Source: Candidatus Woesearchaeota archaeon (GTDB lineage Archaea > Nanobdellota > Nanobdellia > Woesearchaeales > WAPY01). From it: 53,552 nt of DNA. A program made the translations under genes and the position numbers. This document shows positions 47,825 to 53,552 of this stretch, one piece after another. Location of the stretch: assembly GCA_049700835.1 (NCBI GenBank), contig JBNAUL010000001.1:128491-182042 (forward strand), read 5' to 3'. The number at the start of each line of letters is the position of its first letter. Within the stretch, counting starts at the first letter, position 1. The notes under the pieces were generated by a model. That model was given only the letters and a program-made list of their open reading frames with translations, searched no databases and had not been told where the DNA came from.

Positions 47825-48122
47825 GTAGAGGGGCTGTAAGCCGTCTTCTGTCAGCTCCCAAGAACTTAATCTTGGAAGAGCTGTTTTGACATTCTACTGA
47901 GCATCCTTGAAAGGATTTGCACGGCCAGGCCTGCGTTTCACCACATCCTTTTGGAATGTCAGCGGGTTATCTTGTTTTTCTCGCGAAAAACTTCTCCAGC
48001 ATCATCCTACCAAAAGGCTGTTTTGTTTCTGTGCAGTTGCCTTCTATTTGTTGAACTCCTGTGGAGTGGCCTTTTTTTGTGGACGGACTTTCCTCACAAT
48101 AGACAGTCAAGCGCCCCTCTAC
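47825..48122 (-). ncRNA. rnpB: RNase P RNA
   Basis: Minus strand: P1 GTAGAGGGGC/GCCCCTCTAC, CR-I GAGGAAAGTCC, CR-II ACAGAAA, CR-III TGAAAC, CR-V ACAGAAGACGGCTTA. Confidence 0.95.
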
Positions 48123-48226
48123 TGCTAAGTATGTTTTTACGGTTAGTTTAAAAATTTTATGCACAAAAACGAGTTTTTTTTAAAAATTTACAAAAATTTA
48201 TATTAACAAATATTTTTAAATCATTT

Positions 48227-48730
48227 ATGGAAATCTTTCAGGAACAGATGCTGAAAGCAAACAAGCATCTTAAAATAGCAGACCATATGCTCTATGTAAC
48301 ATATCCTTTGCTAAAAGATTACAAACTTATGCCTTTGATTTTGGAAAACATATTCTTAGCACTCACAAATGCGCTTTCAGCAATGCTGAATTACGAGCTT
48401 GTTTTTAAGAGAGTTCCTAAATTTTCTGATAATTTTGAATCAAAATTCAATGTTTTTAAAGAGCATTGCTTCAGCAGATACCATTTTGACAAGGAAATAC
48501 TGAACATTATTGCTGAAGTAAAGGAACTGGTTTTAAAGCACAGAAAGAGCCCTGTTGAATTTTACAAGAACGATAAATTCGTAATATGCTCTGAAGACTA
48601 TAAAATCATAGTCCTCTCGATTGAAGAAATTAAAAAGTACATTGCCAAAACAAAAGTTTTTATACAAGAAACGAATAACATTATTTCTAAGCATGAGCGA
48701 ATATTTAAAGGAGGCATATCAGGAGCTTAA
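48227..48730 (+). CDS. Conserved hypothetical helical protein (HEPN-like fold possible)
   Basis: ANKHLKIADHMLYVTY; similar to the next ORF. Confidence 0.7.
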   Translation: MEIFQEQMLKANKHLKIADHMLYVTYPLLKDYKLMPLILENIFLALTNALSAMLNYELVFKRVPKFSDNFESKFNVFKEHCFSRYHFDKEILNIIAEVKELVLKHRKSPVEFYKNDKFVICSEDYKIIVLSIEEIKKYIAKTKVFIQETNNIISKHERIFKGGISGA

Positions 48731-49184
48731 GAGGGCTGAACACTCCTTGTTCGTAAGTTTAAAGTACACGAGAACAATAGAAGTCATCTCCTCAATAATT
48801 TCAAGGCTTGTTTCCTTTTATGACAAGGTAATTGACGCTTTGATAGAACTTAAAAGCAAGAAAGGCACTGAGATTGAAATTCCAAAGAGCCCTGGACTGA
48901 AAGGAAACATAGTTAAGGAATTGTTTTCAGAAGATGCAAAAATAAGAGAGGAAATAGAGTTTTATTTTTTGCTTAGGGCAATAGCGCGTTCCAAAAAAAC
49001 AGCATTCAGCGAATACAGGAAACATGTTGCGATAATGGTTGAAATAGAAGGCAAAGACTTGAAGATTGACATAGAAAAAATAACAGAATACTACAGGAGA
49101 GCCCAGAGCTTCTTTGGATATGTTCTTGAAAATTATTTTAAATTGGACATGAATTATTTTAACGAGATAAACGATTTTTATTAA
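48693..49184 (+). CDS. Conserved hypothetical helical protein, paralogue of the upstream gene
   Basis: AYQELKRAEHSLFVSL; ATG at 48693. Confidence 0.7.
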   Translation: MSEYLKEAYQELKRAEHSLFVSLKYTRTIEVISSIISRLVSFYDKVIDALIELKSKKGTEIEIPKSPGLKGNIVKELFSEDAKIREEIEFYFLLRAIARSKKTAFSEYRKHVAIMVEIEGKDLKIDIEKITEYYRRAQSFFGYVLENYFKLDMNYFNEINDFY

Positions 49185-49196
49185 AGGGATTTCAAA

Positions 49197-49976
49197 ATGA
49201 CAAAAGTGCTTTTGGTAACATCAGGAAGCGGAGGGGTTGGAAAAACAACAGTAGCAATAAACTTGGCTTCTGCGCTTAAGGATTTTGGAAGGCATGTTGT
49301 TCTCTTAGACTTGAATGTTTATTCTGCTGACGCAAGTTTGCATCTTGGAGCTTTTAAAGTTGATTATGCATTGCAAGATGCTGCAAAAAAAGGGAACAAC
49401 ATACACGAAGCAGTTTACATGCACTCTTCTGGATTATTAGTTATACCTTCAAAAATCTCATTTAACGAAGAAATAGACATTCAAAACATTAAAAAGATAA
49501 TAAATTGGCTGCTCGGAAAAACAGAACTGATAATAATTGACGCTCCAGTAATCTTTGACAGGAATGCATTAAAAATAGCCGAAAACTGTGACGAAGCAAT
49601 TCTTGTTACAACACCTGATGAAATTTCAGCGATAAAAACCCTTAAAGCTATTAAGATGCTCGAAGAAAAAGGAGTTCCTGTTATAGGAATTATAGTAAAC
49701 AAATTCAAGAGCTCAGAATTCAACCTCAGCAAGGAAGAAATAAAAAACTTCATAGAAAAGCCGATACTTGAGTTTGTCAAGGAAGACAAGAGCCTGCAGG
49801 AATCGTTAAAATTGAAGAATCCTGTTGTTTATATCCATCCAGAGTCAGATGCAACTCAAAGTTTCAAGTATTTGGCTTCAAAACTTATTGGAGAGAACTA
49901 TGCTAAAAAAATTGAGGAGAAGGAAAAGGAAGGTTTATACTATTACGTACTGAAGCAGCTTGGGCTGAGAAAATAA
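49197..49976 (+). CDS. minD: MinD/ParA-family ATPase
   Basis: SGSGGVGKTT, IIIDAP, LVTTPD and GIIVNK motifs; amphipathic C-terminus. Confidence 0.85.
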   Translation: MTKVLLVTSGSGGVGKTTVAINLASALKDFGRHVVLLDLNVYSADASLHLGAFKVDYALQDAAKKGNNIHEAVYMHSSGLLVIPSKISFNEEIDIQNIKKIINWLLGKTELIIIDAPVIFDRNALKIAENCDEAILVTTPDEISAIKTLKAIKMLEEKGVPVIGIIVNKFKSSEFNLSKEEIKNFIEKPILEFVKEDKSLQESLKLKNPVVYIHPESDATQSFKYLASKLIGENYAKKIEEKEKEGLYYYVLKQLGLRK

Positions 49977-49999
49977 AAATCAACTAAATTCAAGCAAAA

Positions 50000-50509
50000 A
50001 TGATAAGCACAGCAGAAAGGTTGAGGGCAAAGGGTTGGAGTGATGAGGAGATAGCAAGGGCTCTGGAAATATTAAACTCTGAACCAAAAACAAACATACC
50101 TGTATTTTATAAGGTGTTGTATTGGGTAGCCCTTATTGCTGCAATAGTAGGAAACACTTTCGTGGCAATAATCTTGGTACCGTTGCTGATACTCCTACAG
50201 AAAAAGGCAATTCTACTTGTCATACTCTTGATCATTGTGTTGTCTCTTTCCTTTGGAGCCTTGTTCAATTCTCTTTTGAAGGAAATAGAATCTTTGTCAA
50301 AAAAAACATATGTAATAACAAACATTTTTCTGCCAACGCTGGCTTTCCTTAACATGTTTTTCATAAGCAATTTAAGCAATTTCATAATTTCAAGATTTGA
50401 ATTAAAAAACATACAGAACCCATCAAACCTTGCTCTTTTTTATGGTTTTTTATTTCTTTCCCCTTTTCTGATTTCAAAGGTAAGGGAAACAATAAAAATT
50501 ATAATATAA
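50000..50509 (+). CDS. Hypothetical membrane protein
   Basis: N-terminal LRAKGWSDEEI motif followed by about 4 TM helices. Confidence 0.75.
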   Translation: MISTAERLRAKGWSDEEIARALEILNSEPKTNIPVFYKVLYWVALIAAIVGNTFVAIILVPLLILLQKKAILLVILLIIVLSLSFGALFNSLLKEIESLSKKTYVITNIFLPTLAFLNMFFISNLSNFIISRFELKNIQNPSNLALFYGFLFLSPFLISKVRETIKIII

Positions 50510-50691
50510 AATTAATATAAAATATTAAATAACTTCAATTATGCAAACGCAACATTAAGATTTTTGTAGTCTTTTTTAAGTTAATAAGAAATTTTTAATT
50601 TAAGTTTTTTAGAGTAGTAAAAAAGCTTAGAGCAAACAAGATTTAAAACCAGAGAACCCTTGAGAGTTTATAAGAAAATTTTGGCTAATTA

Positions 50692-51060
50692 GCGTTATAC
50701 ACCCGAACAAGCAGAGTGCAGTGAGAGCCAACAGAGCTGACATTAGTCCTCATTGGCGTGGTCAAGGGAAATTGAATTTGGAATAACATAAATTTCCCGC
50801 AGAGTAGAATTATAGAAATTATGAATAAATAAATTTTAAGTTATTATTTCTGCCAAACAAAGGCAGACAAAAGGTCCGAAGGACAAAAGCGGCACTCCCT
50901 CTTAAGGATAAGAAAAAATTTCGTTAAAATTTTGTTAGATGATTTGCGAGGCAATTTCGTTATTTCTTTTTTGTTTTATGAATTTTAACGAAGGCAACAA
51001 CATCGTAATAATTTACAGTCTCCTTTCCGTGAAAGGCAGGTTTTCGAATTGCACATAACA
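50692..51060 (+). ncRNA. Unassigned large structured RNA candidate (~370 nt)
   Basis: No ORF; many nested stems; TTTATAAG at 50667. Confidence 0.55.
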
Positions 51061-51210
51061 ACTATTAAACAAGATAAATATTTGATTGATATAACTAAAA
51101 GAGATAAAAAGAGAGATTTTATAAAATTGTTTTGATTATAGCTTTTCTTTTTTAAGGATGTGGCAGAAATTATTTCCCAGAGAATAAGATAAAAAGAATA
51201 TAATGCAAAT

Positions 51211-51310
51211 NNNNNNNNNNNNNNNNNNNNNNNNNNNNNNNNNNNNNNNNNNNNNNNNNNNNNNNNNNNNNNNNNNNNNNNNNNNNNNNNNNNNNNNNNN
51301 NNNNNNNNNN
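51211..51310. other. Assembly gap (100 N)
   Basis: N run. Confidence 0.98.
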
Positions 51311-51427
51311 ATTTACTCTAAGAATATAATAAGTTATAGCCAAATAAAAAGAAAGCTTTAAATATGACCTCTAAAAGCCTTAATTAAGTCAAAGCTGATG
51401 TTTTGGCAAATTTTGATAAACAAGCCC

Positions 51428-51528
51428 GAGTTCACTCTCGCGAAAATGATTGCAAAATGATTGTAGGAGAGTGGGCGACCTTAGGGTAATATTTCAAGCT
51501 CAAGGTTGCTTATTCTCTGAGTGAACTC
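51428..51528 (+). promoter_or_regulatory. Structured 5' leader upstream of the rps13 operon (candidate r-leader)
   Basis: 10-bp GAGTTCACTC/GAGTGAACTC stem enclosing a 16-bp GU-rich stem. Confidence 0.55.
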
Positions 51529-51568
51529 TATTTATCACAAAAAATAACAAAAGATAATTTCAACTAAA

Positions 51569-52135
51569 ATGGAAGATAAAAGAGAAAAAACAAGGAATGT
51601 TGAAGAGCAGAAAACAGGCAAATTTGAAAAATTACAAAAACCACAAGACAAGGATTTCAAGCACATAGTCAGAATAATGAACACAGACCTTCCAGGAGAA
51701 AAACCTGCAATTATAGTACTTCAAAACATAAAGGGAATCAGCTTTATGTTTGCCAATGCTGTTTGCAGGGTTGCAAACATTGAACCTTCAACAAAGATTG
51801 GAACTTTAAACGAAGCTCAAACAGAAAGAATACAGCAAATACTTAATAATCCACAAGAATTTGGAATACCTTCATGGCTATACAACAGAAGAAAAGAGCC
51901 GTATTCTGGAAAGGACTATCATGTTTTGGGATTGAATGTTGAACTCACAAGAAAAGAGGACATTGATAAGATGAAGATAATGAAGAGCTATAAAGGAGTG
52001 AGGCACATTTACGGGTTGCCTGTCAGAGGGCAACGCACAAGATCAAACTTCAGGAAAAACAAGGGAAAGGTTATTGGAGTTTTGAAAAGAGCTGCGAAAG
52101 CTGCAAAGAATGCAAAAGAACAGGAAAAGAAATAA
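51569..52135 (+). CDS. rps13: 30S ribosomal protein S13
   Basis: HIVRIMNTDLPG, IPSWLYNRRK and SYKGVRH..GLPVRGQRT motifs. Confidence 0.97.
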   Translation: MEDKREKTRNVEEQKTGKFEKLQKPQDKDFKHIVRIMNTDLPGEKPAIIVLQNIKGISFMFANAVCRVANIEPSTKIGTLNEAQTERIQQILNNPQEFGIPSWLYNRRKEPYSGKDYHVLGLNVELTRKEDIDKMKIMKSYKGVRHIYGLPVRGQRTRSNFRKNKGKVIGVLKRAAKAAKNAKEQEKK

Positions 52136-52145
52136 GTGGTGTTGA

Positions 52146-52847
52146 ATGGGAGATCCTAAGAAGCAGAGGAAGAGGTTTTCAAAGCCGTTAAAGAAATGGG
52201 ACAAGGAAAGGATTGAAGAAGAGAGGGTTTTGATTAAAGAATATGCCCTGAAAAACAAGAAGGAACTTTGGAAGTTTTCTTCAATACTAAGGGATTTTAA
52301 GGAAAGGGCAAAGATGCTTGTAAAGGAAACCCCTGCTAATTTTGAGCTTAGAAAACAGCTGATAAACAAGCTCTACACCTTAGGGTTGGTTGATGCTGAT
52401 GCGAAGATTGACGATGTGCTTGGTTTGGAACTGAAGAGTTTGCTGGACAGGAGATTGCAAACAGTTGTTTTTAAAAAGGGTTTTGCTCTGAGTTGCAAGC
52501 AGGCAAGGCAATTTATAACTCACGGTTTAATAATGGTTGGCGATAAAAAGATAAAATCTCCTTCTTACATTGTGAAAAGAGTGGAAGAGGAACTTATTAA
52601 AATCAATCCAAAATCAAGACTATCCTCGCCTGAACATCCTGAACTTTCAAAAATCTTACAAAAAGCAGCCAAGGAAAAAGAAGGGGTAAAAGAAGAGAAT
52701 GCTCCAAAACAAATGGAAAAAAAGAGGAAAAGCAGTAACAAAAATAGAGATAAAGCCAGAAAAAGGAGCAGTAAAAAAATCAATGAGAAAAAGAGCGGAG
52801 ATAAAAAATCAATAAAAAACAATAATGAAAGGGTAGAAAATGAGTGA
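52146..52847 (+). CDS. rps4: 30S ribosomal protein S4 (Lys-rich C-terminal extension)
   Basis: [18 protein letters not shown] and QARQFITHG motifs. Confidence 0.97.
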   Translation: MGDPKKQRKRFSKPLKKWDKERIEEERVLIKEYALKNKKELWKFSSILRDFKERAKMLVKETPANFELRKQLINKLYTLGLVDADAKIDDVLGLELKSLLDRRLQTVVFKKGFALSCKQARQFITHGLIMVGDKKIKSPSYIVKRVEEELIKINPKSRLSSPEHPELSKILQKAAKEKEGVKEENAPKQMEKKRKSSNKNRDKARKRSSKKINEKKSGDKKSIKNNNERVENE

Positions 52848-53250
52848 TGAAAAACAAGGGCAAAAGATAAGATGGGGAATCGCGCATATTTATTCATCAT
52901 ATAACAACACAATAATTCATATAACAGATCTTTCAGGTTCAGAGACAATAGCAAGGGCATCAGGAGGAATGGTTGTTAACCAGCAGAGATTAGAGAGCAG
53001 TCCTACAGCAGCGATGATGGCTGCAAAGATTGCTGCAAGAACAGCAATGGACAAGGGCTTAAATGCTCTGCACATTAGAATAAGGGCTCCTGGAGGGCAC
53101 AACGGGCCTACAAACCCAGGACCAGGAGCGCAAGCAGCGATAAGAACATTGTCAAGGATGGGTTTTAAAATTGGAATAATTGAAGATACAACCCCAATTC
53201 CTCACGGCGGTTGCAGAAAGAGAGGAGGAAAAAGGGGAAGGAGGGTTTAA
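52840..53250 (+). CDS. rps11: 30S ribosomal protein S11
   Basis: [23 protein letters not shown] and GGKRGRRV motifs. Confidence 0.97.
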   Translation: MSDEKQGQKIRWGIAHIYSSYNNTIIHITDLSGSETIARASGGMVVNQQRLESSPTAAMMAAKIAARTAMDKGLNALHIRIRAPGGHNGPTNPGPGAQAAIRTLSRMGFKIGIIEDTTPIPHGGCRKRGGKRGRRV

Positions 53251-53255
53251 TCAAA

Positions 53256-53552
53256 ATGAAAGTAAGAATTATTGAGAACAAAGAACCAAAACTTTCATTT
53301 TTAATAGAAAAATTTCCAACAGCATATGTAAACACTTTGAGAAGAATGATAATTGAAGAAGTTCCAACAATGGCTATTGAAGAGGTTGAGTTTTTCACCA
53401 ATGATTCTGTGCTTTACGATGAAATGATTGCTCACAGGCTTGGACTAATTCCTTTGACAACTGATTTGAAAACATACAACCTTCCAGAGGAATGCAGTTG
53501 CAAAGGAGCTGGTTGCGCAAAATGCCAAGTTAAACTAACATTGAAAGTAAAG
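53256..53552 (+). CDS. rpoD: DNA-directed RNA polymerase subunit D/Rpo3 (3'-truncated)
   Basis: NTLRR..EVPTMAIE..NDSVLYDEMIAHRLGLIPL..CSCKGAGCAKC; conserved position after rps11. Confidence 0.95.
   Translation, partial: MKVRIIENKEPKLSFLIEKFPTAYVNTLRRMIIEEVPTMAIEEVEFFTNDSVLYDEMIAHRLGLIPLTTDLKTYNLPEECSCKGAGCAKCQVKLTLKVK

Noticed and set aside
47907..48164. Three short ORFs
   Set aside because: They overlap the RNase P RNA
50692..51060. SRP RNA or group II intron identity for the structured region
   Set aside because: AGGTCCGAAGGAC only loosely resembles SRP helix 8 (no GNRA loop or AGCAG), and the 51018-51042 hairpin lacks a proper domain V AGC/CGC triad; left unassigned
763..53401. Numerous short antisense or alternate-frame ORFs in the track (e.g. 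763-1161, 1158-1388, 9529-10080, 30942-31421, 44841-45317, 52565-52960)
   Set aside because: Shadows of well-supported genes, with no recognisable motifs

Overview
AT-rich archaeal chromosomal scaffold with two 100-N gaps. The aIF5A, eL40, RadA/RadB, PAN, NAC, Sec61beta, uS2 and uS13-uS4-uS11-RpoD genes, plus GGTGA Shine-Dalgarno and TTTATAAA TATA motifs, show it is archaeal. The gene style suggests a DPANN (Woesearchaeota-like) organism, which is an inference. Most of the window is housekeeping: translation, repair, proteolysis, a ppsA/aldolase pair and a surface-glycan cluster. It also holds tRNA-Ala(CGC) and an RNase P RNA, and a decaying defence island (~37.5-44.3 kb) with an hsdM-hsdS deletion fusion, an hsdR pseudogene, a frameshifted CAAX protease and an intact MNT-HEPN pair. 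The most notable unexplained signals are non-coding: an unassigned ~370-nt structured RNA with its own TATA box (50692-51060), structured 5' leaders before rps2 and rps13, a C/D-box-like sRNA, an atypical RNase P RNA, and a 54-nt near-copy of radA's core lying upstream of radA. Also notable are bacterial-envelope-type enzymes (M23 peptidase, Lit-like protein, DPPR synthase) and several small ORFs missed by the ORF track. There is no CRISPR array. All calls are from motif recognition by eye; no searches were run.
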